A DNA stretch of 64,000 bases from Octopus sinensis. Lineage: Eukaryota. The notes beneath the pieces were generated by a model. It searched no databases, was not told where the DNA came from, and saw nothing but the letters and a program-made list of their open reading frames with translations. The stretch spans positions 116,002,001 through 116,066,000 of the forward strand of contig NC_043001.1 in assembly GCF_006345805.1 (NCBI RefSeq). The letters are read 5' to 3'. Made by a program: the position numbers and the translations under genes. Below are positions 12,176-25,199 of the stretch, piece after piece (the first letter of the stretch is position 1; the number at the start of each line of letters is the position of its first letter).

Positions 12176-12575
12176 ACCATGTTTAATTTACCATCCCAGT
12201 TAAATTTTCAAAAAGATAAAATGTTACATTGGCAAGGAATCCTAACTCTGCCATTGTGCAAAACAGATATAAACTTCCAAACCTACTCAAACCATAAGTC
12301 ATTCCAAGATTAGCAATGCATGCTTTTACTGGTAGTCCAGTGGCTGTGTAATGTACCTCACATTGTAATAACATTCTTAAATCACAAGTAAGCAAGTATT
12401 ATAATTTACACATTTTGCTTATCCCTGGATTACAGGATTAAAAAATCTAGTGAATTGGTTCACTAGATAATCTCTGACTATTAGGGACACCTATGATATC
12501 TATAATTTTAAAGTTGTCCTGGTTTGATATATTTTGAAGGTTATACTTTGAGCCTATAATATTATGGTAAGGATA

Positions 12576-13290
12576 TCATCATCATTTAATGTCTGTTGTC
12601 CACGCTGGTATGGGTTGGATGGTTTGACCAGAGCTGGGGAGCTGGACCTGACTTTAGTCTGATTCGACATGGTTTCTATAGCCAGATGCCCTTTCTAACA
12701 CCGCCAAGCAGAAGCACAACTGATGCTATATTCCTGGTTAGACAACTGCAGAAGAAATATCTAGCCAAAAAGGAGGCAATGACAAGTGACCAAGACCTAC
12801 GGCAATATGCCATGCTTGAGAAGACCTGTCAAGCCAAGTGAAACTGTAGTTGTGGCCAACGTCAGTGTTGTGTAACTGGCACATAAAAAGCACCCTTTTG
12901 AGTGTTGGATGATATGCTGTGCTTGAGAAGATTCGTCAAGCCAAGTGGAATTGTAGTTGTGGCTGATACCAGTGTTACATAAGTGTGCCCATGCTGGTGG
13001 TATGTAAAAAGCTCCCTTCAAACGTTGGGCCCTGTGGAGACAGTGATGAGTGACCAAGACCTTTGGCAATATACTGTGCTTTGTCAAGCCAAGTGAGATC
13101 ATAGTTGTGGCTGATAACGGTGTTTCATAAATGGCACATGAAAAGCACCCACTACACTCTTGGAGTGGTTGGCATTAGGAAGGGCATCCAGCTGTAGAAA
13201 CCTTGTGGATTGAGAACTGGTGCAGCTCCCCAGCATACAAGTTTTCAGTCAAAGTGTCCAACCCATACCAGCATGGAAAATGGACATTAA
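12576..13290. mobile_element. Composite of RTE-family pieces: inverted 3' tail + RT fragment + 3 tandem 3'UTR units + forward tail
   Basis: Minus-strand (CAT)n tail at 12576-12705; RSTTDAIFLVRQLQKKYLAK at about 12708-12770 resembles 33439-33490; repeated CAAGCCAAGTG...GTAGTTGTGGC units; forward GGAAGGGCATCCAGCTGTAGAAAC tail. Confidence 0.7.
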
Positions 13291-13459
13291 ATGAAAATAC
13301 ATACACACACACACACACACATATGACTGTTAAATTACCCTTCGTCTCTTGAAAGGTTTTTTTTCTTTTAACATGAAACCTTTGGCTACATGAATTAACT
13401 GTTATGAAACTAAATTTATAATATTGTGTGTATGTGTGTGTATACATATATGTTTATAA

Positions 13460-13880
13460 GTAGAGGTATAGCTGTCTGGTAAAGAAGCTTGCTTCCCAAC
13501 TATATAGTCTTGAGTTCAGTCCCACTGCACAATGTCTTGGGCAAATGTCTTCTATTGTAGACATTTTTGCTGAACCACTAAATTGTGGAGATGTAAACAC
13601 ACCAACACTGGTTGTTGAACAGTGGTGGAGGCACAAACACACACATATATATATATATATATACATATATACACAGGGTGGCCACAAAGTCATGCACCAT
13701 GGGAGATATCAAGTATACTTTATTAGCAATGAAGTAGGTAATGTTGCAGCTTATAAGGATGAAATAGTTCCAATTTGAGGATTTTCTGCATTGTTGCTCG
13801 AGGTGTCATGCAGTGGGACTGAACCTGGAGCCATGTGGCTGGGAAGCAAGCTTCTTACCACACAGCCACACTTGGTGTGT
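13460..13880. mobile_element. Degenerate SINE family A pieces in both orientations
   Basis: Forward head at 13460-13560; reverse body and head at 13560-13880, interrupted by a Tc1/mariner-like end CAGGGTGGCCACAAAGTC at about 13674. Confidence 0.6.
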
Positions 13881-14582
13881 GTATGTGTGTATATATATCC
13901 AAAAATATACTCAAAAATACACGAAGATGAAGTGAAAGAACAGCAAATAGCGTGTATTAGTTTAATGCTCAGGGAAAAAGGGACAAATCCTTGAATGTTC
14001 CGAGGCTTCTACAGAAAGGGAAAGATGAAAAGAGAAAAGAAATGGAGAGAGAGAGAGACAGAGGATAAAGAACTTGTCTGAATTAAGTTACTGCATATTG
14101 AACTGACCGGAGGAGGGAGGCATGGATGGCAGGCGAAACAACAGTTGTCTGACAAAGATGTGTGTGTGTGTATGGGCAAGTACAGGTGTGAGTATGAAGC
14201 TTATCCTGTGTGATTGAACCTCTTCCTCTTTTGGACCCTCATCTCCTTTCCAACCTACGTCTTGGACCATTGCCATCTCTCAAGGAGTGACTATCTTATC
14301 ATGGAATTCCACCAGGATTACCACTGGAACTTTAGAATTCTTGGATTACCACTTTCATGGATGTTACTGTGTACTGTTGTTGACTGCAAGTGCCATGTAA
14401 AAAGCACTCAACCCATTCTGTGGATTGGTTGGTATTAGGAAGGGCATCCAGCCGTAAAAATCATGCCAAAACAGACACAGAAGCATGGTGCAGGCTCCTG
14501 CCTGGCCAGTTCCTGACAAACTATCCAATTCATGCCAGCATGGAAGGAGGACATTAAAACTCTTTACTCTTGGAAGGAGGAT

Positions 14583-14945
14583 GTTATACTCTTTTACTCC
14601 TTTACATGTTTCAGTCATTTGATTGCAGGCACGCTGGAGCACTGAAAATTGACCCCAGAACTTAGTCTTCATAAGCCTTGTGTTTATTCTGTCTCTTTTG
14701 CCAAACTGCTAAGTTACAGGGATGTAAACACCAACTCAGTTGTCAAGCAATAGTGGAGGGACAAACACAGACACACAAATACATACATATATACACCATA
14801 TATATATATATATATACACACACACCAGACTTCTTTCAGTTTCCATCGACCAAATCCACTCACAAGGCTTTGATTATCTAGAGGTTATAGTAGAAGATAC
14901 TTGCCCAAGGTGCCACACAGTAGGACTGAACCTGGAACCATATAT
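14583..14945 (-). mobile_element. SINE family A (degenerate)
   Basis: Reverse complement of the family-A tail and body (TGTTTCAGTCATTTGA...ACCAAATCCACTCACAAGGCTTTG...CTGAACCTGGAACCA). Confidence 0.75.
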
Positions 14946-14967
14946 ATGTAATGTGCACACACTGTCT

Positions 14968-15050
<83 letters not shown>

Positions 15051-15051
<1 letters not shown>

Positions 15052-15238
15052 AAGTTAATCCAAACATGAAAGCACAAAAAAACACAACAACGCGAGGACA
15101 TGGAACAAAGTATTATTGGACGCTCAGGAAAGGAGGGTTTAACATTTCGAGAGGAGCTCTTCATCAGAAACATAGGAGAAGGAAAGATCCAGAGAAGGGA
15201 AGACAGGGGGAAAAAAATCGCCAACGGTACACACACGG

Positions 15239-15241
<3 letters not shown>
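15051..15241 (-). mobile_element. Penelope-like terminal-repeat fragment, copy 2, hammerhead-like motif at 15137-15171
   Basis: Homologous to 2099-2309; minus strand GTTT-CTGATGA-A-GAG-CTCCT-CTC-GAAAT-GTT-AAAC; flanked by (TG)n and (TA)n. Confidence 0.65.
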
Positions 15242-15293
<52 letters not shown>

Positions 15294-15397
15294 CAGCAAA
15301 GCAATTTAGATTCAAATGAATATGGTACTTAACTTAGATGCACCAGAATTTTTTTATGGTATTACCCATAAAATTATGTGGGGTGATTATTTTTGGG

Positions 15398-15448
<51 letters not shown>

Positions 15449-15894
15449 CACACACATACATATGTATAATGTGCACACACTGTCTCTTGGATTTTAAAGT
15501 GACTTTGTGGCAAATCAAATTTAATTTCTACTTTTAATATTTTTGTTGATATGAGATAAACTAGACATGCGTCAGGGAAAAAGAAAATTGAGATCTTGTC
15601 ATCACATGTGAACATTGATTATTAATATGTCACTCTAGTTGGAGAAAGAACTTGTAATCCTCCTCTGTCGATTTGCTAAAAATAACTGCTAGGCTTTTGC
15701 ATGAATACAGACATTAATCAATATGACGTGATATTAATAAGAAAGACTTAAGTGTTTTACAGAGACAATTTAATGTTGTCTTAAACCTATTTGTGTGGCA
15801 CATCCTGTACTTCAGTGTCAGAAATAGGAAGTTTTTGAAATGCAAAATGTATCTGATTTATTTGTGTACTGACATGAAAATATGTGTTTTACTA

Positions 15895-16256
15895 AATATT
15901 ATTGTTCCAGTCACGTGATTGCGACCATGCTGGAGCACTGCTTTGAAGTGTTTAGTCAGTGAAATTGACTCCAGTATTTATTTTATATTGCGTATTTTTT
16001 GTCAGTCTCATTTTGCCCAGCCTCTAAGTTATGAGGATGTAAAATAAACTTGTCAAACAATGACACACACACACACACTCTCTCTCTTAATAATATAATG
16101 CACATATATATCTGCACATTTAACATCTATCAAATTTACTCGAAAGGCATTTGTCAGCCCAGGGCTATAATAGAAAACATTTACTCAAGGTGCCTTGCAA
16201 TGAGACTGAACCTGAAACCACAAAATTGAGAAGCCAACTTCTTAACCACACAGCCA
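15895..16256 (-). mobile_element. SINE family A (degenerate)
   Basis: GACCATGCTGGAGCACTG...GAGACTGAACCTGAAACCAC...AACCACACAGCCA. Confidence 0.7.
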
Positions 16257-17220
16257 TTCTCCTCTTCTTTTTTTTTAACATTCCAACATGTCTGTCTCCT
16301 CTTCTTTTGAAAACATTTCATCTGAGACCATCCAGTCCTTGTAGAGCATTTTGAATGTAACCATCCCACCTTCCTTTTAAACCAAATGTCTGTCATGTTG
16401 CCCTTCTGTTTGTTTTATAAATATACAAGAGTACCGAATCCATCAATAATGATAAGAGATATTGTTGAAGAATTACCCAATGAAAATTAATAATTACAGG
16501 TTGGGGAAATGAATAAAAATGCCAAAATAGCAGGAAAATAAGAAAATTTCATTTATCACTCCCAAAATACTATACAGGTATTCACTGTATTAACATATCT
16601 TATGAGGCATGACGAGGCACAAACACACCCTGGCCTTCTGAATTTCCGATCTGTAATATCTGTGTTCCTAGCCCTAATCCAGATCAGGGCATTTCAAAGT
16701 GTAGACTACAGATACCGCAGTAGACCACATGCTAAAATAGTATCGAAATTTCTTATGACTGTTGTAATGCCAGGCAAATCATTTGAATTTATGAACATTT
16801 AAACATCTGTGAGACAATGAAGATAGCAGAATGGTCTTCGGAATACAAAAAGATAAACGAAACAACTCCAGCAAGTAAGTGGAGACTTTAGAAAGAGAGG
16901 ATTTTATTGGTCTACATGGAAAAAAAATATCAATTCAAACTTAAGTGTCATTGTTCTATAGTATGGCAGCAACTTACCTCAACAAAAGAATTGTTTGGGC
17001 TACAATAATGATGAAGAAATCTCTTATAAATGCTAATTGTCAAGTTTTAGGAATATTAAAATATTAGTTAAGCATTATGAAAGCAGAATGAACTTTCGTC
17101 TATGAAAGACAAACAGAACAACTAAGTAGAGACGCTTTGCAGTAAGAGAAGTAGAAATGCTGTTGGTTGAGAAATTAATTTCTTTAACTTTACAGCTGTG
17201 CCTTCACATAGATATATGTA

Positions 17221-18127
17221 TTGGGTCATTCCATAAATAATACAGTTTTTTCAATTGCATGAACTAGAAGTCGGAGGGGGATGATATAAACTACCTGCAT
17301 CAACTTGCTATATAAGCAGGTAGTAATTTTACCTTGTACTTATTCTTAGTCCAAATTTTGAAGAGTGCAGTTTGATTTTAACAGTTATTTTTTTCAAAGC
17401 TATAATGGAAGTGACAAAGCATATTCAGCATATTTTGCTTTATGAGTTCAATAAAGGCAACAATGAAGTGGAAAGTGCGAGGAATATTAATGCAGTATAT
17501 GGGGGTTGGACAATAATCATAAGCCAGTGTCAACAGTGGTTGTAGAAATTCCGAGTTGGAAACTACATCCTAGAAGACAAGCCTCATCTTGGAAGATCTG
17601 TAGAGTTCAATGAGGACATCTTGCAAACTCTGATGGAACAAAATCCTATCGTAACTGTTGAGGAACTAGCAGAGAAGCTTGGATTTGGTCATTCGGCCAG
17701 TCATTCAAGTCAGCGCTCGAAGAAAAACAACCATCTTTGGTTTCAAGACAAAAGGTGTTCTTCCATCAGGATAATGTTCAGCTACATACAGCAAGGATGA
17801 TATTCCAAAGGCTGGAGCAGTTTGAATGGGAACTGATGCCACACCCACCATAATTGCCGGACATTCCCCCATCTGATCATCATTTATTCCACAGTCTTCG
17901 AAATCATTTGGACGGAAAAATATGAATTCTGTAGACGAGGTCAGAACAGTACTAAAGGAGTATTTTTTGTGACGGACAAGTGAATTTTGGGAGAGGGGGC
18001 TTGCAAGTCTACCAGGAGCATTGTAGAAAATGAAGGAGAGTATATTTTAGATTAAAAAAGAACTTTATCTTAATTCTGAAAAATAATAGAAGTATAAAAA
18101 GACCACATTATTTATGGGATGGCCCAA
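17221..18127 (+). mobile_element. mariner transposon, internally deleted and pseudogenised
   Basis: TA flanks; TIRs TTGGGTCATTCCATAAATAAT / ATTATTTATGGGATGGCCCAA; HILLYEFNKG (ATG 17405), LEDKPHLGRSVEF, FHQDN, HPP..PD..PSD.HLF. Confidence 0.9.
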
Positions 18128-18173
18128 TATATATATATATATATATACTCTTACATATACACTATTTTATATA

Positions 18174-19356
18174 TAGGGTTTGGACAAAATAATGGAGACA
18201 CCATAAAATTTCAAACCAATTTATTTTAATATGGAATAAGACCACTTTTGGCAGTAATTACAGTTTGAAGTCTATGAGATACGGAATTGTACAAAGTTAG
18301 AATCTTTTCCAAAGGAATTTTTGTCCATTCTTCAGCTAAAACAGTCTCCAGTTCTTGTAGTGATGATGGTGGGAGATATCGACTCCTTACTTGTTTTTCT
18401 AAAATGCACCATAAATGTTCAATTATATTGAGATCTTGAGACTGTGGTAATGAGATAAGATGTTCAACTTCACTAGAATGTTCCTTGTGCCATTCAGTAA
18501 CAACTTTAGCTGTGTGAATTGGTGCATTATCATCCTGAAAGATACTGTTTCCCTCCAGAAACAGTTCTGCAACAATAGGATAAATTTGATCAGATAAAAT
18601 GCATAAATAGTCTTGTCTATTAATTCTGCCATGAAGAGAAACCATTGGGATTTCCAAGATATAGCGCACCCCCCCCCCTCCAGATCATCACAGATCCTCC
18701 TCCATGATTAACAGTTGGAAGAAGGCAGTCTGGGTCAAATGTTTCTTTTGGCTGCCCCCACATGTATACTCGGCTGGTGGTCGGAAATAAGGTAAAGGAT
18801 GACTTGTCTGAGAAAATAACATTCTTCCACTGCTTTAGGGACCAATTCTGTAGGTTTTTACTCCACTCTAAACGCTTAGCAAAGTTTGTTTTTGAAAGTA
18901 GTGGTTTTCTGATTGCAGCCCTCCTTTGAAAGTTGGCTTTGTGCAGCTTTCAGCGAACAGTTTTTGTGGAAACTGGGTTCTCAGGGTGGTCATTAAGCTC
19001 TGCAGTAATTTTGGGAACTGTACTTTTGTGATCCTTTCTAGCAATTCGCATAAGAGTCTGGTAGTCCCTCTCTGAAAGTTTTGATTCCTAACATTTCAGC
19101 TGTTTTCATTATGCTAGCACCTGCCATATGAGCACCAACAATTTGACCTCTTTGAAAATGACATAGATCTGTCATTTTAATGAATTTTAATTACCTTTTT
19201 TTTATGATATCTGAAAAGAAACAGCGATTTTAGCAAAACGTATTAAGCAACCAAAATAATAAATCAAAATACATAAAAATAAACAAGCTTTTGATGGTTT
19301 TATAGATATTTCAAAATTGTGATGCTAGGTGTTTCCATTATTTTGTGCAACCCCTG
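18174..19356 (-). mobile_element. Tc1-family transposon, degenerate
   Basis: TA flanks; TIR about CAGGG(G)TT(G)..ACAAAATAATGGA(A/G)ACACC; ORF 18226..18669 with FQDDNAPIH and SQDLNIIEHLW (DD34E-type C-terminus). Confidence 0.9.
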
Positions 19357-19432
19357 TATATCATCATCCTTTAATGTCCGTTTTCCATGCTGGAATTGGT
19401 TGGGCATACACGCACACCGCACACTTATATGT

Positions 19433-19660
19433 GCAAACATAGCTGTGTGGTTAAGAAGTTCGCTTCCCAAACATGTAATCTTGAGTTCAATCTCACTGCA
19501 CAGCACCTTGGCCAAGTGAGATAGCTGACCAAAGCCTTGTGAGTAGATTTGGTAAATGGGAATGAAAGAAGGCATGTGTGTGTGCATTTATGTCGTACCC
19601 TTGTGTTGAACCCTTGTTGACCTGATGGCTGTAAATACACATCATCACCATACAAGTAAG
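19433..19660 (+). mobile_element. SINE family A, 5' part
   Basis: TAGCTGTGTGGTTAAGAAG...GAGTTCAATCTCACTGCACAGCACCTTGGCCAAGTG. Confidence 0.65.
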
Positions 19661-19999
19661 GTTGCTTGTTTCAAATATTCTGTGAAAGTCATGTCTTGCA
19701 ATAGGAAAATATTACCTTGCTTGGAAGCAGTTGAGAGTTGGTAACAGGGAGGACATCCAGCAATAGAAAATATGCAATTGCCTTATTGAATTCTCTCTGC
19801 TCCATGCATGCGTAGGAAAGTGGACATTAAATTATTAAAATGTATGTTTGTTCATTTAACATACGTTTTCCCATGCTGGTATGGGTTCAATGCTAACTTA
19901 TTTGAGGTTGCATTTTTACAGTGAAATCCTGTTCCTGTTGTCATCCCTAAAGTTGTGGAATTTAATTTCAACATTCATGCACATATGTTCAAACATACA

Positions 20000-20585
20000 C
20001 TTATATCATCATCATCATCATCATTTAATATCCATCTTCCATGCTGGCATGGTTTGAACTTCTTGGCAGGATCCACAGACTTGGAGTACTGCTTCACACT
20101 CTAATGTCTATTTGGCATGGTTCCACAGCAGGATATCCTTCCTAACACCAACTACTTTATAGAATCTATACCCATGCATTATATTACTTATTTATATGTG
20201 GCTGTGTGGTAAGAAGTTTGCTTTCCAATCACATGCTTCCAGGTTCAGTTCTACTGCATGGCACCTTGGGCAAGAGTCTTCTATTATAGCCTTGGGCTGA
20301 CCAAAACCCTGTGAGTGGATTTGGTAGACGAGAGCTGAAAGAAGCCTGTCGTATATATGTGTGTGTCTTTGTGTCTGGTTGTCCCCCATCATCGCTTGAC
20401 AACCAGTGTTGGTGTGTTTACATCCCTGTAACTTAGCAGTTCAGCAAGGAGACCAATAAAATGTGTTAGGACTTAAAAAATAAGTCCTGAGGTTGTATTG
20501 TTCGACAGAAACACTTCAAAGCAGTGCTCCAGCATGGCCACAGTCAATTGACTATAACAAATAAAAGAAAAAAAAATAAAAGAAT
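20000..20585. mobile_element. Reverse RTE-type tail (20000-20170) followed by forward SINE family A (20195-20585)
   Basis: (CAT)n TTTAATATCCATCTTCCATGCTGGCATGG; then GTGGCTGTGTGGTAAGAAG...CTCCAGCATGGCCACAGTC. Confidence 0.7.
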
Positions 20586-22074
20586 ACACTGATTAGACTT
20601 GTTGACATACACAAATAAAAATACACACATAAACATACACAGCTATCAAGTGTGTATAATTTATTTTCGGTTTCCTGTTTTAGTTACTGACTTCGTTTTT
20701 GGGTTGTTTTTTTTTTTACTTGCTCTTCCATAAAATGTTTTGTGTTGACTTCTCATTCTTATCTGTGAATAGTAATTTATCAATATCCTATATATTCATA
20801 CATAGCTAGACAAAACTATGCAGTATTATATCTAGTCACACTCCATATAAGCAGACACATACTATTGTATTCCTATTCAGACATATACACATGAATACAT
20901 TTAATCTTTACAAGTTTATGAAGCTGTAAATAACATTGTCTGCTTTATTATGAGAATGTAATTCACACATATATATATTTCAGTTTTCTTTATCTTCTTC
21001 CTCTCCAGTTCTTATACTAACACATGATTGATTTCTGTGTTCAACACTAGTTCAGGAGGTGGGGTGGAGGAATCTTCTTAAAGCTTTTTATATATATTTC
21101 ACCCCTTCCTATCCAGATTTTTGTTATGATCAGTGGTATTCCAGTTGTAACTAGAATTAATAAATTTCCCAGTTTTACACCATCACCAGGCTCTTAAGTT
21201 CTGTTAGTGGAGTCCACTTTGATGCCAGTAGTCAGACCCAGTTCCTCGTCAAAGGATAACTTTTCACCTGTTTTGGAGCCCCTCCACCAGAGTTAAGCAT
21301 TTAAAAAACATTTGCCGAGTTGCTAAGAAATTTGTTTTGCAATCACAAGATCCCTGTTTCAGTCTGACTGTGATGTCTTAGGCAAATTCCTTACCAGAGC
21401 TTTGGGTTGAAGCAAGCCCTGTGAATGAATTTGCATAGATAAAAACTGTGTTGGAGCACATTGGATGAATTGTACCTGCAAACTAAAAGTCCAACCTTGT
21501 CATACACAGCATCATACTGATTTTGCTTCAAAGCCACCATATTTATTTGTGTATAAGTTGCTCTATTTTGTACTTGATGCTTAATGGACAAAACTGGGGT
21601 GTGACTTATACACAGAGCAAAGCTAAAGCTATGAAAGAAAAATATTGTACCAAGATTTAATATCAAATTAGGTGTTTGGTTTATACATGAGTAAATACTG
21701 TATGTTGCATACATGTATTTGAAATACTCAGATGCACATTCATTCAATGAGTAGGTAATTCATTTGATCAACCATTGAGACATTGTTCTTCATAGAAGAG
21801 CTCACCACATGAGTCTTTAATCTGAGTTTGGTGTTGATAAATGTTGAAGAAAATAAGCAGCATGACAAAATGTAACAAAACACATTTGTAAATATATCAA
21901 CAGATTGTCACACTGCTTTCGTTCAATCATTTGAATAATCAGCATTATGAAAGTCAGAGTAACAATTCAAGAAGCTTCAGGTTCAAATGTAAAATACACA
22001 CTTTATGTATTAAGCACTTTGCCCTTCATTTCTAAGCACATTGAATGTTGTGTGTGTATATATATGTATTTGAC

Positions 22075-22830
22075 CATGATCATTACCAGTGTCGCCTTAC
22101 TGGCACTTGTGCCAGTGGCACGTGAACAAAACATTTGAGTAAGGTCGTTGCCAGTGCCGCTGGGCTGACTCCTGTGCAGGTGACAAGTAAAGAAACACCG
22201 TTTCGAGTGTGGCCATAGCCAGTACCGCCAGACTGGCCTCCGTGCAGGTGGCACATAAAAGAACCCACTGCACTCTCGGAGTGGTTGGTGTTAGGAAGGG
22301 CATCTGGCTGTGGAAGCTCTGCCAGATCAGATTGGAGCCTGGTGCAGCCATCTAGTTTGCCAGTCCTCAGTCAAATCGTCCAACACAAGCTAGCATGGAA
22401 AGCGGATGTTAAAGGATGATGATGTTGATGATATATATATATATATACACACACACACTGTGCTTGAGGAGACCTATTGTACATCAACATCAAAAAATCA
22501 AATGGAAATTGTAGTTGTGATACCTGTGCTGGTGGCATGTAAAAAGCACCATCCGAACGTGGCTGATGCCAGCGCTGCCTTGACTGGCTTCTGTGCTGGT
22601 GGCATGTACAAAGCACCAACCGATCGTGGCCATTGCCAGCCTTGCCTGGCATGTAAAAAGCATCCACTACACTCACGGAGTGGTTGGCATTAGAAAGGGC
22701 ATCCAGCTGTAGAAACACTGCCAGATCAGACTGGAGCCTGGTACAGCCTCCTGGCTTCCCAGACCCCGGTCGAACCGTCCAACCCATGCTAGCATGGAAA
22801 ACGGACGTTAAACGATGATGATGATGATGA
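22075..22830 (+). mobile_element. Two tandem RTE-type 3'-end copies
   Basis: Each has TGGCA(C/T)(G/A)TAAAAAGCAC repeat units, GGAAGGGCATC...CTGTAGAAAC and ends GTTAAA(C/G)GATGATGATG (22420, 22830). Confidence 0.8.
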
Positions 22831-23721
22831 GTAAGAGATGTAAATCTTGGAAAGAAAAGTCAAAAGAAGAAAAAGCAAGAAAATAATAATAATAAATCGT
22901 ACCTTTTGAGTGATATGTTATGAAGAGGCAAAGATCTGTTTGGATTTTTTTGATAACAAAATTTTTATTCTTCCCTTAAACAAAAAGCAAATGTTGTCAT
23001 TACTACAAATGACAAGATGTTGAGTGAGTTTGAATGTTATTATTCTTGGCGTAATGGTAATAGTAGTCAAAAAGTTAGCTGCAGTTCGTTGTGTTGCTGT
23101 CTCTGATCATTATTGTTTAGCTGCTGTGTAGCATCTCTTTTGGCTGTCTCCTTTAGTGTCTTGTCAATGCTCTCTGTCAAATAGTTAAGAAGTCCTGAAT
23201 ATATATATATACTGATGGACAGGCTGAGAGAGAAAGGCATTAAAAAATTTGAGTTATTGTTGAATCCAGTTCTAGATGTAGTCATGATTGGCCAGATTTT
23301 GTTGATCACGTGGGTGATAATCTAGTGGGTTGCAACATCAAATATAGTGATCAGACTGCTGAATATTCCCACTACAGATTTATATATAAAATGTTAAATT
23401 TCAGCCATCACCTCTTTGTTCATTTGTTTGTTTACATGCATTTTCTCCTTGCTATCATGTGTTAAACAAGTATATTATTGAGGTATTGTTTTACATCCAG
23501 ATACATTTTCTGTCATTAACCTCTAACTTTTTTCAAATAAGTTATTTCTTATTCCTAACATCCTCCAATATCTAAAGCTAGTGGATGATGTGTTGACAAG
23601 GAAGTGAGAGTAATGTCACTGCTTCTAGCTACCAGATTTTGGAGAAGCATGTCTATATATAGACACACACACACACACACATACACATACATTGGCACAT
23701 GCATATATATACTAACACAAA

Positions 23722-24214
23722 GTATATCCCCTCCTCACCGTGGTGGGAATGCTAGCAACGGGTAGTGTCAGAGCTATGCCGTCAGGAACTTCGTTTCCTG
23801 GTAGGGCAACCCATGGCAGATTGGTCTGACACCAAGTGGTATTAGGGCCACAACCCAGCAGACGGGGCTCTGGTGAAAATCCTCAGAGTGTCTGTTTCGG
23901 CAGTCGGCGGCTCCTCGGTCATTCTGTCCCTGCGTCTGCGGACAATCCGCAGCAAACAGGATGTCTCTACATGCGAGATTGTTGGGGACCGCTTGTGAAA
24001 TCCACATATTCCCACGAAACTTCTTCCATGAATTCTCAATGGCGAATACAATGGCTTACGGCCTGCACTGATGGAACCATGACTGGTTCGCTATCTCCAG
24101 TGAACTGCCACAGGACCATCGTGCGTGGGCTGCCATGGTTCGAGATGCCTCGAGGGTGGTAGAAGAAGCCAACTCAGCCCACCCAGGGTGAATGTTGCCA
24201 CAAGTACAAGTAAG
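23722..24214 (+). mobile_element. Internally deleted (bipartite) RTE-clade retroelement
   Basis: 12-bp TSD TACTAACACAAA (23710-23721, 24215-24226); 3' part encodes ELPQDHRAWAAMVRDA...AHPG* and ends CAAGTACAAGTAAG; GC-richer than flanks. Confidence 0.7.
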
Positions 24215-25199
24215 TACTAACACAAACACAGCAAGTTTCTCTGTTTCCATCTACCAAATTTATTTACGTGGTTTGGTCAACCCCAGGCTAGAATAGAAGA
24301 CACATGCCTAAACTGCCACACATGGGACTAAGTCCAAAACTACATATACAAAAGTGAATTTTTTAACCACACAACTATGTCTGTGCCTGTAATTGCAGCT
24401 GACTTTTGTTAATTTGTCAGCACAATACAGAATTTGCTGAACTAAACTGTTAGCTGTCTATTTACTAAACAGTAGTAATACCTGTTGTAAATTAAACCCT
24501 TTCACTTGTTCCTAATTAATACTTTGCTCCTTGTCACTGTTAAGGTTGAAATGTCACCACCTTCACCTCATGTTAAATGTGGACAGGTAGCAATTAGTTA
24601 AGTAATACTTATAATATTTGATTATAGGAATTGTCTTTTAATGGCATTTAGTTGTGTGATTAAGAAATTTGCTTAAAAATGGTTTGGGGCTCAGTTCCGT
24701 TGAGTGATAATACCTAGAGTAAGTATCTTCTATCATAACTTGAGAATAACTAAAGGTTTGCGAGTGTAAATTGATTGATGGAAGCTACATTTGAGATGGT
24801 CTGTTCTTGTTCTTGGCTAACAGACAATCTGTCACCCAGCTTAACACTCTTACCTGGTCCATTGGACATCATTAATGCCATCCACCCTTTTGCAAGCATT
24901 CAATTCAGGTCTGTGGTTTGAGGATAACTTCCACCTTTTCATTTGCTTGAGAGACACTGAAAAGGGTCATTGGCTTCTGCCCTTTTCTGACAAAGCAGTA
25001 AAAAAAAATATGGATAAAAATACCTGGTTATTCCTGACAGAGGTATTATCAGAGGTATTTGCAGTTATGACTTGACCATCCCATTTTCTTTTTTCTTTTA
25101 TGTGCAGTATATCTAGGGCACGACATTATCAAACTAGTTGTATTTTAACTTTTACCATTTCTCACATGAAATACATCTGTATGGTATTCTTTTTTTATA

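Noticed and set aside
22075-22700. Repeated TGGCA(C/T)GTAAAAAGCAC units with variable spacers resembling a CRISPR-like array
   Set aside because: Eukaryotic context with no cas genes; the units are the internal tandem repeats of the RTE 3'UTR and the spacers are homologous to each other
24854-24956. Possible minus-strand exon (TTTTCAG acceptor, AG|GTAAGA donor, open frame SLKQMKRWKLSSNHRPELNACKRVDGINDVQWT)
   Set aside because: No recognisable domain and no partner exons found; such sites arise by chance in 64 kb
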